A stretch of 49,704 nt of DNA, taken from IMG/VR virus record IMGVR_UViG_3300020049_008481; one strand, given 5' to 3'. This document shows, in pieces, positions 1-10,000 of the stretch (positions within the stretch are counted from its first letter, which is position 1; the number at the start of each line of letters is the position of its first letter). The notes under the pieces were generated by a model that did not search any database, was not told the origin of the DNA, and saw nothing but the letters and a program-made list of their open reading frames with translations. A program made the translations under genes and the position numbers. The DNA comes from a virus. Lineage: Duplodnaviria > Heunggongvirae > Uroviricota > Caudoviricetes.

Positions 1-74
1 TTAAAGACAAAAGTATCATCTAGTTCTACAGGATCAACTTCTTCTAGAATCCACGTACCCCATCTGCTTGTCAT
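1..74 (-). CDS. Partial CDS downstream of tape measure (probable distal tail protein), runs off window
   Basis: ATG at 74 overlaps the TMP stop (TAATG); open frame MTSRWGTWILEEVDPVELDDTFVF to window edge; function from position only. Confidence 0.55.
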   Translation of the reverse strand, partial: MTSRWGTWILEEVDPVELDDTFVF

Positions 75-3000
75 TAGTAAATCCCCGCAAACGTGGCACT
101 AGATCCAGACGGAGCAGCCATAGCGCCACCGACTCTCTCAACCACCTTATTAGCGAGTGCTTCCTCATCCATACCGGGGGCAGGATAAACAGTTACCTGA
201 TAGACCCGCTGATCCTGATACCCAGAAGCACCACCAGACTGATTAAGTCTACGAGCCTCATATAGAGTGGGGAGACCCAAGAAGGAAGGAATGTTGAACT
301 GTAGATCCTGACCAAGACTGTCACGAAGCTGCTTGATCTTCAAAAGAAGTTGCTGAGTTTCCTGCTTCGTAAGGTTCGGGATCTGAAGCAGAGCTTCCAA
401 CTGAGCAATAGCCTGGCCCGTTGTAATCTGCTCCATCTGTAGGGCAAAATCAATATCTGACTGCTGATCCTGAAGCTGTGCATCCCTAACGGCCGCCTGT
501 GCCCTCACAACGTCCGCTGTAGCCCTTGCAATCTCTGCTGAGCCACCTGACGCCTGAGCAGCAGCCAGCTTCGCCTGAGCGGACGCCAGAGCCGCCTGAG
601 CCGACCCTACGATATCACCGGCAGCATCAGCAACAGCCTGTGCCAATTCGAACTGTGCAGTAATCGTATCCACGATGGCATTCTTGACAGCAGCATTGGC
701 AGCGTTAACAGCAGCCTGCGCTCTAGCCAGCTCTGCCTTGCCACCCTTATTCTTGATTACCTCAGCAAGTTTAATTTGAGCAATCGCCAGTTGGGTATAA
801 GCAGAACCTAAACTATCACCGGGCCTATTCGACTGAGCCAACTCCAATGAGGCTATGGACTCATCAGCAATAGTCGCTTGAAGGTTCTGTTGTGCTTGCA
901 GATACGCTGCCTGCGCCCTTGCCTGCTCGGCTGGGCCTCGGGCATCACTGATAGCAGCAAGCGCAGCGGCAACTGCTAACTCTGCCTGCTTCCTGGCATC
1001 TCCATTAGCTTGGACTTGCGCTAGCTCTTCATTCGCTTTACGCAAATCAGACATTGCATCTTCAAGTTTCTTCTGTTGTTCCAGTATTGCAGCAAAAGCT
1101 CTGATCTGAGCAACTTGCCCTCTTGCGGTCTTCCAAGCTTCCCTAGCTGCCGCTAGACCCGCTTGAGCTTGAGCAATAGGGTTACCTTCGTTGAATACAT
1201 TGGCGAATTCTAGGTCAGCAGCCTGAGCATCCTTGATAGCCTGCTCTTTCGCAAGACGAGAGTTTATAAGAGCTATCTGTGCCTGACGAATACCAGCCGT
1301 ATCCCCCTTAAGGACAGCAGCAGACAAATCTCTTTCAGCCTGGCGGATTCCCTCATCAGCAGCCTTAACGCCCTCACCTGCATAATTTAGCATTGCAATT
1401 AGAAGATCAGAATTAGCCTTATTGATTGCATTAATTACGTCTTGTAGCTTATGCTGTGCAGAAATCTTCTGAGCTATAGCAGCATTTTTATCAGCCTCAG
1501 TTCTGGCTTGAGTTATAGCTCTATCTGCGTCAGCAACGGCATTCTGAGCAGCAGCAAGTGGATTCTGCTCTGAGAGCGCACTTGCAATCGCGGCTTGTGA
1601 GTTGACTACAGCATTGATTCCGTCTTGTACCTGGTTTTGAGCTTGGTGGATAGCCTCTCTAGCTGCGTTAGCCGCTTCCTCGTCACTTGCAGCAATCGCC
1701 GCATTGAGGTCAAGTTCAGCGTTATCAAGGGCAGCCTGAGCAATCTGGATTGGATCATCTGTGATAGCAGCCGCCAGAGAAATTCTGGATTTAGCGATAC
1801 CAGTTAATGCTTGAACGATTGCATTCTGTGCTTGCAGCTTAGTGGTTAAAGCTTCAGTCTTTTTAACATCATCCTTACCAGCATCCAGTATGTCTGCGTC
1901 AGCCTGCTCTAGATCCTTTTGAGCAGCAAGAAGTTTATTACCAGGAGCTATAGCCTTAGCTAATTCTCTTCTAGCCTTCTCTTTCTCTATCTGGTTTACC
2001 GCAGGATCTAGTTCCGTATAAGTATCAGGCAGAACGCCAGGAGCACCAGCAAGCGGATCGAGAGTGTTAAGAGCGGTTAGAGCGTCCTGAGCCGCCTTAA
2101 TCCGAGCATCAGTAGCTGGGGTCTTATTCCCTCTGGCCTCATAAGCAGCCTTCTGAACCTTCAGTCTAGCTACGTAATCAGCTAAGGCTTTTCTTGGATC
2201 ATCTCGTGGATCTTCATTATTTAGGATAGCTCGGGCAATTCTTTCCGCCTCAGCCTGCTTCTTAATAATGTTGGTGCTAATCCCCTTATTGTAAAGCTCT
2301 TCTATCTCAAGGTATTTACTGAATTCAAGGTTATCCGGGCTACCAACGCTTGTTGCCAAAGCAAGCAAACGAACAGGATCGGGGATCGAAATGCCATTAG
2401 CTCGCGCCTGAGCGCGATTAACCGCACCTTCTGTCTGATTAATCTTAGCTTCTGCAATCTTCGGGAAAAGCTGGTAAATTTCATCCAAAACTTTTTCACG
2501 CTCAGCTTGATCCGTAAAGCTCTTATCCTGGAGAAGCTTAACTTTCTCTGCCAAAGCAACCTCATCGAGATTCCCTTGTGTTACCCTTATAGGCTTATAA
2601 GTGTCAGTTGGGGCAGTAGGGAGTCCTAATCCAAAATTAGCAGGGATTTGAGAAACATCAATCTGAGATAGATCTACTGGAAGTCTTTCTCTTCCGCCTA
2701 CTGGAAGTGTGCTTATCTCTCTAGTTACAGACTCCTCGTATGCTCTATATTCATCTGAAACAAAATCTGAAAGTTTTTCAACCTGATTTCTGAATTCGTC
2801 ATGCTTCTGGACTAAAACATCAACCTGAGATGCGGCTTCAATTTGTGATAGGTCAACTGATAGCCTCTTTGGCCTTTGTGCTTCATAACGGGCAGAGTCA
2901 GCTTGACTAATTCTAATTGCGGCCTGTTCAGCAGAAACTCTAAGCTGATCAGCGAACACTTCACCGGAATTAACAATGCCAGTTAAGCTAACAAAATCAA

Positions 3001-6000
3001 TACGCTTCTGAGCATTACTCGCAAGACCTTGAGACACGATAGCAAGTTGCTTGTACGTATCAGCCATAGCCTTAATGAACCTAGCATTAGTCGGCTGAAG
3101 GTTGAGAATTTCCTGATAGCCAGTGATCTGCAATTCAAGAGCTTGCTTTGCGGTCGCAAGGTCACCTGTTCCAGACTGATACGCAGCAACGCTTGATTCA
3201 ACATTAGGCGCTGACTCGTTAATGCCTTTCAGAATATCTAAAGCTTTTTCACCACGAACCTTGCCATCGACAAAAAGCTGTTCGTAAATTTCAGGATACA
3301 GAGAAGCAATGATTCGCTGAAGGCCATTGATTTTAGCCTCATAATCATTATTACCAGGATCAGAAATATAATCAGAAATAGTCTGATCTATATCAGCCTT
3401 AAGCTTTTCGGGCGTTAGGCCAGAACGCTTAGCATCTATTCTGTCACTATTACTGTTTCCAGATTGGAAGAAATCTCCACTTATTCTCTCCCACGTACTC
3501 CTTGGATCGTTCTTATCAAGGTTATAGAAATCATAAAGTAAATCATCTACCTCTTTACTCTTAGTATTTAGAAGATCACCAAGTCTCTCATTAATGTACT
3601 TAGCCTGATCCTTCTGGTATTCTTTGAGAATAGGAGCTAAGATCTCACCGCGTTGAATCTGTTCAGCATCTATAGCAGTAGCGGCAGTTCCCTTAGAACC
3701 AGTAAGGAGATTCTTAGCCTGAGTGAATAAACTATCAGGATCATTCTTAGTGTATTCATCAACTATCTTAGTTAGCTCTTCGTTGTCTTTCTTCAGTAGA
3801 GACTCAAGAAGTTTCTTTTGTCTCGCCTTTTCTTTAGAAGCTTCAGACGAACGGACGCTAGCACCTATAGTAGTTGCGAGAATCCCAACCCCAACTGGGC
3901 CACCCAGCGCTGCATACAGGCTGGAGCCAACAGGTGCCACGCCAGCCCTAAGGGCCTGTAAACGAGTGGCAGCGGCTTGCTGTTGGGCTGCGCCCGCCAG
4001 AATAGTTTGACCACCAAACAACCCAGTCCCATAAATAGGCTGTGGGGCCACGGGGTTACGAGCAGCCTGATACCTAGCAATGGGGCCGAACTCACCGATA
4101 CCACCCATTGTAAGATTTGACAGCCCGCTACCTATGCTGAACCTAGAGTTGGCAGCCCTAAAGATCCTAACAGCTACGGCTGCCGCTAGAAGCCTGGCAG
4201 GCAATCCACCCATGAAGTCATTAAACGCACCTAATGCGGTAAGGGCGGGATTAAGAACCCCCACAAGTAGACCTAAGGACTGAACGATAGACTTCAACCC
4301 GGTATCGATACCAGACTCATAAACCGTTACACCAAACTGTTTAGCGGCTTCACTTAGTTCTGCTAGTTGCTGAGAGAGGCTGTCCTTTAAGCTCTTGAAA
4401 CGGGGAGCTAGTTCATTCTTAGCCTGCTGTGTCTTGTTTATTTCACCAACAAGATCAAGTTGTTCATTAAACAGCGGGATAATAAGCTGAGCTTCACGAC
4501 GGCCACCAAGAAGGTTGATAACATACTGCTGCGATTCTTTACCTAGTTTGCCGAACTGCTGGCTAAGGACAATAAGCTCTTGGGCAATATCTCCACTGGC
4601 GATGGCTTTATAAAACTCAGGTGTCTGTAACGCCTTTTCTTTAGCACTAAGGGCTGCAAGCTCCGGCTGGCGTTCAGCAACCGCTGGGATAACACGACCA
4701 AGACCTTCTGCTAAAGCGGCACCTGCACGCCCAGCTTTCTGCTGGACTATGGCTGCGATCGTGCCGATCTGCTCAAGGCTGAAACCTGCATCCTGAGCAA
4801 CAGGGGCAATCTGGCCTAGGAAGTCGATTGTCTCCTTAGCCTTAACACCAAACCTGTCTTGGAGGTTAATAGAAACGTCACCGATTCTCTCAAACGAGGA
4901 ATCGAACGCAAGAGACACAGCAGTGAGGGAGTTAACAATCTCCTTATTATCAAGCCCAGTTACCTGGGAAAGTTTTGCGGCATTCTCAATGTTAGCACGA
5001 ACAACTTCCTGCCCCTGATCACCGAATGCACCTTGGATCTGGAAACCGATTTCTGCAATATCTGCTGCAGCGACACCAGTCTCCTTAGAGATTTCAAACA
5101 AATCCTTTTTAAACTGGCCGAATGCGTCTATCTGGCCAATGGATTCAAACTGCCCCCGGATAAGAGACAGTGACTTTTCTAATTCTGCAGAGTTCTTTAC
5201 AGCACTAGATATAGCACTAAATCCACCGTAAAGCAATGCTCCCGAAGCAGCGAATCTTGCAGTCGTAGCAAACGATCCCTGGAACGCCTGCAACGCCGTG
5301 GGGGGAACTCCTTCAATCCTGCTATTTGCTGAACCAGTTCCAGTTCTTAACTGGAACCTTTGGTATGGGCCAAGCTGCTTAAACGATCCGTCAGCCTGAG
5401 GAATGCCCTGCGAAAGAAGTAAATTATTATAAGCTTTCTTCTGAAGCTGATTATTTAGGTTCCTTTGAAGTAGCTCTTTAGCATCTAAAGCCGCAATCTC
5501 TGCTTCAGTTGCATTTTGTTCCCTAAGGATTCCGTTCTGTAGCTTTAAAAGTCCATTAGCTTCAGTACGGAGGGCAGCCGCTTCAGCAGCCTGAGCGCCA
5601 GTGCCAGCACCCCCTGATGCTTTAATATCCTCTTGAATCTTCCGTGCCCTTAAGTTTACAAGTGCAGCACGCTGGTTAACCCCAGGGACAGTGCCGTTAG
5701 TTACTGTAGCCTCTGCAGCAGCGGCCTGTGCCTGAGTCAGCCTATCAAGAGTCTTTTTAGCTAAAAGTTTTTGAAGTTCAGAAACCTTAACCGCATCAGC
5801 AGCACCTTCAACTTCAGCCGCAGCCGCAGTCTTCTCTGCCACAACTGACTCACCAAGTGCAGCCAGCCTCGCCTTCCTTAAGGCATTGGCTTCTTCATCT
5901 ATGGTCCTAGCCTGAATAGCTAGATCCCTAGTAGGGGCTATTTTTTCCTGATCTGTACCAGTGAGGTTAGCCTGTGACTCTTCAAGGCGCTTTGCCCTAT

Positions 6001-6850
6001 CCAGTAAAGCTCTTCTATCGTCTGGCCGGAAAGATGGATCTAGTCTGTCAATGGCCGCCAGCCTATCCCTGGTGGATTTCAGGGAGCTTCTTAGGGCAGC
6101 CCGATGGGAACGAAGTTCATCTGACGTAGCATTACTAGTTGCAGCAGCCGCACCGGCAGCGGTTGCTTGGGCCTTAGCCGCAGCAGCCGTTTGTTTATTG
6201 GCTGTAGCGGTAGCCTCCGCAGCAGTAGCAGTCTGAGCAGTTGCAGCAGTAGCCTCTGTGCTAGATATAACCCCAGCTTCCGTTGAGGCTAAGCCTTTGT
6301 TAAGAGCCGCTAGTTCACGTTTTCTAACTTCAGCGATAGCAGTAGTAGTATCAGCTACACCGCTCTTGGGGTTTATGGCAGTAAGGCCAACATTGCCAAT
6401 TTTCTCAGATGCAGCCTTAGCCGCTGCCGCCCTTCTTGTAAGATCCGCTCTTTCAGCACTATAATCTTGTTTTTCCTGATCAGAAAAACCTACCTCTTTG
6501 CCTTTAGCTATCCTATTTTTAAGAGCATCTAGCTGTGCACGCCTGATCCCGATTGCTTCTATCTCTAAATCTCTAGCCTTGCGGATAACTGCAGGATCGC
6601 CAGTTCCATAAGCCTGATTTGCAGTAGCTAAGATTCTTCCATTTTGAGGTACGCCACTAAGCGAGTTCGGTGCCTGGGGCGCGGAGGGCAGGGGAACGCT
6701 GACAGAGGGGATTGGCTGAGAAGCTAACGCACGAATACGTGAAAGGTTAGATTCAGATCTACGGCTAAGCTTATCCAATGCAGCCTCAGCAGGGCCGACA
6801 TTGGGGACAATATCAATAATAACTTGCTCTGCCATTAATCCCTTTCCCAA
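74..6850 (-). CDS. Tail tape measure protein (2258 aa)
   Basis: Very long Ala/Gln-rich helical ORF with a TP901-like TMP core (SSAVKNSAELEKSL...FEISKETG...), directly after the frameshifted tail chaperone. Confidence 0.92.
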   Translation of the reverse strand: MGKGLMAEQVIIDIVPNVGPAEAALDKLSRRSESNLSRIRALASQPIPSVSVPLPSAPQAPNSLSGVPQNGRILATANQAYGTGDPAVIRKARDLEIEAIGIRRAQLDALKNRIAKGKEVGFSDQEKQDYSAERADLTRRAAAAKAASEKIGNVGLTAINPKSGVADTTTAIAEVRKRELAALNKGLASTEAGVISSTEATAATAQTATAAEATATANKQTAAAAKAQATAAGAAAATSNATSDELRSHRAALRSSLKSTRDRLAAIDRLDPSFRPDDRRALLDRAKRLEESQANLTGTDQEKIAPTRDLAIQARTIDEEANALRKARLAALGESVVAEKTAAAAEVEGAADAVKVSELQKLLAKKTLDRLTQAQAAAAEATVTNGTVPGVNQRAALVNLRARKIQEDIKASGGAGTGAQAAEAAALRTEANGLLKLQNGILREQNATEAEIAALDAKELLQRNLNNQLQKKAYNNLLLSQGIPQADGSFKQLGPYQRFQLRTGTGSANSRIEGVPPTALQAFQGSFATTARFAASGALLYGGFSAISSAVKNSAELEKSLSLIRGQFESIGQIDAFGQFKKDLFEISKETGVAAADIAEIGFQIQGAFGDQGQEVVRANIENAAKLSQVTGLDNKEIVNSLTAVSLAFDSSFERIGDVSINLQDRFGVKAKETIDFLGQIAPVAQDAGFSLEQIGTIAAIVQQKAGRAGAALAEGLGRVIPAVAERQPELAALSAKEKALQTPEFYKAIASGDIAQELIVLSQQFGKLGKESQQYVINLLGGRREAQLIIPLFNEQLDLVGEINKTQQAKNELAPRFKSLKDSLSQQLAELSEAAKQFGVTVYESGIDTGLKSIVQSLGLLVGVLNPALTALGAFNDFMGGLPARLLAAAVAVRIFRAANSRFSIGSGLSNLTMGGIGEFGPIARYQAARNPVAPQPIYGTGLFGGQTILAGAAQQQAAATRLQALRAGVAPVGSSLYAALGGPVGVGILATTIGASVRSSEASKEKARQKKLLESLLKKDNEELTKIVDEYTKNDPDSLFTQAKNLLTGSKGTAATAIDAEQIQRGEILAPILKEYQKDQAKYINERLGDLLNTKSKEVDDLLYDFYNLDKNDPRSTWERISGDFFQSGNSNSDRIDAKRSGLTPEKLKADIDQTISDYISDPGNNDYEAKINGLQRIIASLYPEIYEQLFVDGKVRGEKALDILKGINESAPNVESSVAAYQSGTGDLATAKQALELQITGYQEILNLQPTNARFIKAMADTYKQLAIVSQGLASNAQKRIDFVSLTGIVNSGEVFADQLRVSAEQAAIRISQADSARYEAQRPKRLSVDLSQIEAASQVDVLVQKHDEFRNQVEKLSDFVSDEYRAYEESVTREISTLPVGGRERLPVDLSQIDVSQIPANFGLGLPTAPTDTYKPIRVTQGNLDEVALAEKVKLLQDKSFTDQAEREKVLDEIYQLFPKIAEAKINQTEGAVNRAQARANGISIPDPVRLLALATSVGSPDNLEFSKYLEIEELYNKGISTNIIKKQAEAERIARAILNNEDPRDDPRKALADYVARLKVQKAAYEARGNKTPATDARIKAAQDALTALNTLDPLAGAPGVLPDTYTELDPAVNQIEKEKARRELAKAIAPGNKLLAAQKDLEQADADILDAGKDDVKKTEALTTKLQAQNAIVQALTGIAKSRISLAAAITDDPIQIAQAALDNAELDLNAAIAASDEEAANAAREAIHQAQNQVQDGINAVVNSQAAIASALSEQNPLAAAQNAVADADRAITQARTEADKNAAIAQKISAQHKLQDVINAINKANSDLLIAMLNYAGEGVKAADEGIRQAERDLSAAVLKGDTAGIRQAQIALINSRLAKEQAIKDAQAADLEFANVFNEGNPIAQAQAGLAAAREAWKTARGQVAQIRAFAAILEQQKKLEDAMSDLRKANEELAQVQANGDARKQAELAVAAALAAISDARGPAEQARAQAAYLQAQQNLQATIADESIASLELAQSNRPGDSLGSAYTQLAIAQIKLAEVIKNKGGKAELARAQAAVNAANAAVKNAIVDTITAQFELAQAVADAAGDIVGSAQAALASAQAKLAAAQASGGSAEIARATADVVRAQAAVRDAQLQDQQSDIDFALQMEQITTGQAIAQLEALLQIPNLTKQETQQLLLKIKQLRDSLGQDLQFNIPSFLGLPTLYEARRLNQSGGASGYQDQRVYQVTVYPAPGMDEEALANKVVERVGGAMAAPSGSSATFAGIY

Positions 6851-7176
6851 CTATTAGACATCATAGGAACAGTCTCCATTGGCCCATTACCGTTATTCTG
6901 TGAACCATACTTCTCTTCTCTTCGACGTTCTACCTCTCCAAAATGAGTTTCCAACTCACTACTTAGATGCCACATCCATGTTGGGGGGATTTCATCTCCT
7001 GTCAAGTTCTCCTGCCAATCAATAATTCTATTGGCATGCTCTATGGCAGACATTAAATCATAAGGGATATCCTCTATACAAGTCACGTTCTTAGGTAGTA
7101 AAACAGCCAAACCTCCGCTTGCCCTGGCTGCCCTAACAATGCCTAAGAAGTTAGGGTCAGCCGCTAGTCTTTTCCC
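6835..7176 (-). CDS. Tail assembly chaperone, -1 frameshift extension (gpGT-like C-terminal part)
   Basis: The -1 frame from GGGAAAA at 7176-7170 is open (GKRLAADPNFLGIVRAARASGG) and continuous with ORF 6835..7110. Confidence 0.85.
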   Translation of the reverse strand, partial: GKRLAADPNFLGIVRAARASGGLAVLLPKNVTCIEDIPYDLMSAIEHANRIIDWQENLTGDEIPPTWMWHLSSELETHFGEVERRREEKYGSQNNGNGPMETVPMMSNSWERD

Positions 7177-7913
7177 TGCTCCGCTTCAACTCCAAGCTCT
7201 GAGTAAGCAATAAGAAGTGTAGAAATGACCTGCGACTGCAACGCATCCACCTCTTCCCTTTTATCGAAATACCTATTCGGAGAGTCAGAAGACTCACGCA
7301 CAGACAGCCAAATCTCACACATTCTGAATTCATCCAGCCAGGCTGAGTCAGACTGGAAATCCATCAACGTTCCTGTTACCTTATCTAGCGCAGCCTCGTA
7401 TGTGCGCTTAGCCCATACTTTCTGTAGATTTTTACGCTCAGGCTCAACAAAAGAATTAACAGTGTCATTGAATCTGTTTAGCTCATCGAAAACTCGTTTA
7501 GCTTCAACATCTTCAGATTCATCAAAGAACCTTTCCTCCATCCCACCATCAGTCCAAGCATCATATAGAGACTGCAGATAACCGTCATTGGCCCACTCGT
7601 CCTCAGCTTCTAGTTCAGCTTCCTTAGCAGCACGTACATCATTCAACTCGCTAGAGACTATAAACTCAATTAAGGTATCATGGTCACCTAATTCGATAGC
7701 CTGAGCACGGATTGTAACGTATTCGTCAGACTCCTTATCACGCTTAGCAGCAACCCAATGGGCACGAGCAGCATTAGCTTTCCTTGCCGCCGTCTTGAGG
7801 TCGACAGGTGAAAGCTTCTTCAAGTAAACGGTAACATCGTCACCGCTGCCGTCACTAATTGTTACGTCTTTACCAATAACATATAGATCAGAAAGTTGTC
7901 TCTTTAATGGCAT
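7164..7913 (-). CDS. Tail assembly chaperone (gpG-like, 249 aa)
   Basis: Acidic helical ORF between major tail protein and TMP, ending at a slippery site. Confidence 0.85.
   Translation of the reverse strand: MPLKRQLSDLYVIGKDVTISDGSGDDVTVYLKKLSPVDLKTAARKANAARAHWVAAKRDKESDEYVTIRAQAIELGDHDTLIEFIVSSELNDVRAAKEAELEAEDEWANDGYLQSLYDAWTDGGMEERFFDESEDVEAKRVFDELNRFNDTVNSFVEPERKNLQKVWAKRTYEAALDKVTGTLMDFQSDSAWLDEFRMCEIWLSVRESSDSPNRYFDKREEVDALQSQVISTLLIAYSELGVEAEQGKD
7170..7176 (-). promoter_or_regulatory. Programmed -1 ribosomal frameshift slippery site G GGA AAA
   Basis: CAG GGA AAA GAC TAG at the end of the chaperone ORF; X XXY YYZ heptamer in correct phase; canonical position between major tail and TMP genes. 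Confidence 0.85.
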
Positions 7914-7937
7914 TTTTAACCTTTCCCGTTAAATACA

Positions 7938-7960
7938 AGAGGGGGCATATAGCCCCCTCT
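7938..7960 (-). terminator. Hairpin/terminator after major tail gene
   Basis: 9-bp stem AGAGGGGGC/GCCCCCTCT, 5-nt loop, followed by TGTATTT on the minus strand. Confidence 0.55.
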
Positions 7961-8003
7961 CATTCCAAACCTCGAAATTGAGGGTAATACTAGTTACTTC
8001 TAC

Positions 8004-9239
8004 TTACGGCATATCACCGTTGTAGACAAGCATGGTACCAGAGTCCGAAGTGAACTCGAAGGTAACAGACAGCTTCTGCTGGACACGGCCCTGGACAGCA
8101 GGAACCTTGAAACGTGCATCAGGAATGTAGATGGTCTTGATTACGTTACCTGAATCGTCAGGGTTCTTAATCCGAATCTCTACAGTCATAGGCAGAGTCG
8201 TGAAGGTCGAGATAACCTCGTTGGCAGGCACGTTAGCGATCTGAGCAATCTTCTCCATTAGATCATCAGTATCAGCAGGCTTGATAACAATGTTACCAGT
8301 CACGTCAGGAGTATCGTAGTCGCTAGTCACATAGTGGTAGTTGTTGAACTCTTCGTCATTCTCAAGAGTAACCCGACGAGTAGCCTCGATTGACTGCACG
8401 CCAGTCCAGCTAACATCTGTAGGAGTCGCAGCCCCATCACCGATGATTACCTCGATATCCTTACCACGGATACCAGCAGGCTTAACGCCAGTGCCCTCAT
8501 GGACGGTATTGCCATTAGGGTTAACGCCAGCCTGAGTGTACTCAACAGTAGCAGCAGTAGCATAAACTACATGCAGGCTGTCATAGGTAGCACTAAGATC
8601 GGCGGTAAGAGTGACCGTAGTGGATGTGTCAGTGTAGTCAGTGCCATGAAGAAGTCTCTTATACCGGCCAGTAGTAGAGTTCTTAGCACAAACACTAAGC
8701 GCATAAATGCTAGTACCAGACTCATCGTAGACAATAGCAGTCTCAGCTAGAGTCTTAGGAGTGGTGTTCGGGGTGCCAAGCTCTTCGTAGTAAGGAGTGC
8801 CAGGGGTGTAGTACATGGAGTCACCCTTGAAAGTCCAAGCCTGAGTAGCGTTAGCCCGAAGACCAAAGCGATAAGTGACGCTCTCTAGGGTTAGATAAGG
8901 AACCGCAACACCATTAATGGTGTTAAAGAGGCCCTTCTCTTCCTTGAAAGGTGAAATCACATCGATCGGAAGTGAAAGGTTGAAGTCAATCTCTTCGCCA
9001 CCAGAAAGAGTTCCAGGATCAATGCCAACGACTAGAGCTTCAATCTCTGCAGATACATCTGTTGATTCAAGATCGAAACTTAGGTCAGGAATGTCACGAA
9101 CAGTAGCTACAGCCTGGTAGTTACCAAGTTCGTTAATTTTCTCTTCGGAAATGTTAAGACTAGAGACACCGGCAGACTGAATCCGGTCGATAGTATAGCC
9201 ATCAATGTCATGAAGTATCATGCCCGCTTTTATAGACAT
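8004..9239 (-). CDS. Major tail (tube) protein (411 aa)
   Basis: Beta-rich, Thr/Asp-rich ORF immediately upstream of the chaperone/TMP; typical siphophage order. Confidence 0.8.
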   Translation of the reverse strand: MSIKAGMILHDIDGYTIDRIQSAGVSSLNISEEKINELGNYQAVATVRDIPDLSFDLESTDVSAEIEALVVGIDPGTLSGGEEIDFNLSLPIDVISPFKEEKGLFNTINGVAVPYLTLESVTYRFGLRANATQAWTFKGDSMYYTPGTPYYEELGTPNTTPKTLAETAIVYDESGTSIYALSVCAKNSTTGRYKRLLHGTDYTDTSTTVTLTADLSATYDSLHVVYATAATVEYTQAGVNPNGNTVHEGTGVKPAGIRGKDIEVIIGDGAATPTDVSWTGVQSIEATRRVTLENDEEFNNYHYVTSDYDTPDVTGNIVIKPADTDDLMEKIAQIANVPANEVISTFTTLPMTVEIRIKNPDDSGNVIKTIYIPDARFKVPAVQGRVQQKLSVTFEFTSDSGTMLVYNGDMP

Positions 9240-9902
9240 TTAAAACTCTCTTTCTTTGAGGACCACATGACTCCATGTTTTGCCTCTAACAATTGAACTA
9301 ATATTTGCAGGAGTCACATTAAAACTTTTAGCCAAAGAGACCCCACTCTCACCTTGACTATGCCTTTCCTTAATGGAGAGAACTTGATCCTCAGTCAATT
9401 TCGACTGATTATTATCAATCCCATACCTAATAGGAGGCTTCCTATTGGAAATACTTTTCATACGTTCTCTTTCAATAGGAGCAGAACACCTCTTCTTTGC
9501 TGAATCACTCATCTTGCGCTTAGTCTCATCTGAACGCTTAGAACCCAAATGTGCGGCCCTAATTCTAGCTAAAGCATCTGGATCAGTGATAGCGCCACCA
9601 TCGCCGCCATTAGTGCCATTCACCAAATCATACCCACTATTACGGAAAAGCTTGATAACTCGACATTCCTCTTCATTCTGTAACTCTGATGGGACACTTG
9701 ATAACAATACTAGTCCCGGAGTAAAACCTTTTGATAGCATACCTTTGATCCAAGAATTCTTACGAGAACGATACATATTTAACTGGCTTGGCTGAAGATG
9801 CTGAGTTAATCTGTATTCAGGATCTTTAGCTTTACCTATGTAACGGATTGAACCAGATTCATCACATAATCCATAGATTATGATTCGATCTGATTCAATC
9901 AT
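9240..9902 (-). CDS. Free-standing GIY-YIG homing endonuclease with NUMOD3-like and C-terminal HTH DNA-binding modules
   Basis: IYGL...RYIGKAKDPEYRLTQH motif; HLGSKRSDETKRKMS (NUMOD3-like); SKLTEDQVLSIK...LAKSFNVTPANISSIVRGKTW HTH; SD AGGAGG. Confidence 0.88.
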   Translation of the reverse strand: MIESDRIIIYGLCDESGSIRYIGKAKDPEYRLTQHLQPSQLNMYRSRKNSWIKGMLSKGFTPGLVLLSSVPSELQNEEECRVIKLFRNSGYDLVNGTNGGDGGAITDPDALARIRAAHLGSKRSDETKRKMSDSAKKRCSAPIERERMKSISNRKPPIRYGIDNNQSKLTEDQVLSIKERHSQGESGVSLAKSFNVTPANISSIVRGKTWSHVVLKEREF

Positions 9903-9962
9903 AAATCCTCCTAAGATTTATAGGATAGTATGCACAATACAAAGTGCCATACCCTAAAGTAT

Positions 9963-9989
9963 AGTTCGACGTGTGATGGAGTTAATTAA
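9963..9989 (-). promoter_or_regulatory. Putative sigma28/WhiG-type late promoter
   Basis: TTAA-N15-GTCGAACT on minus strand, resembling TAAA-N15-GCCGATAA. Confidence 0.55.
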
Positions 9990-10000
9990 GTAATCTAAGA

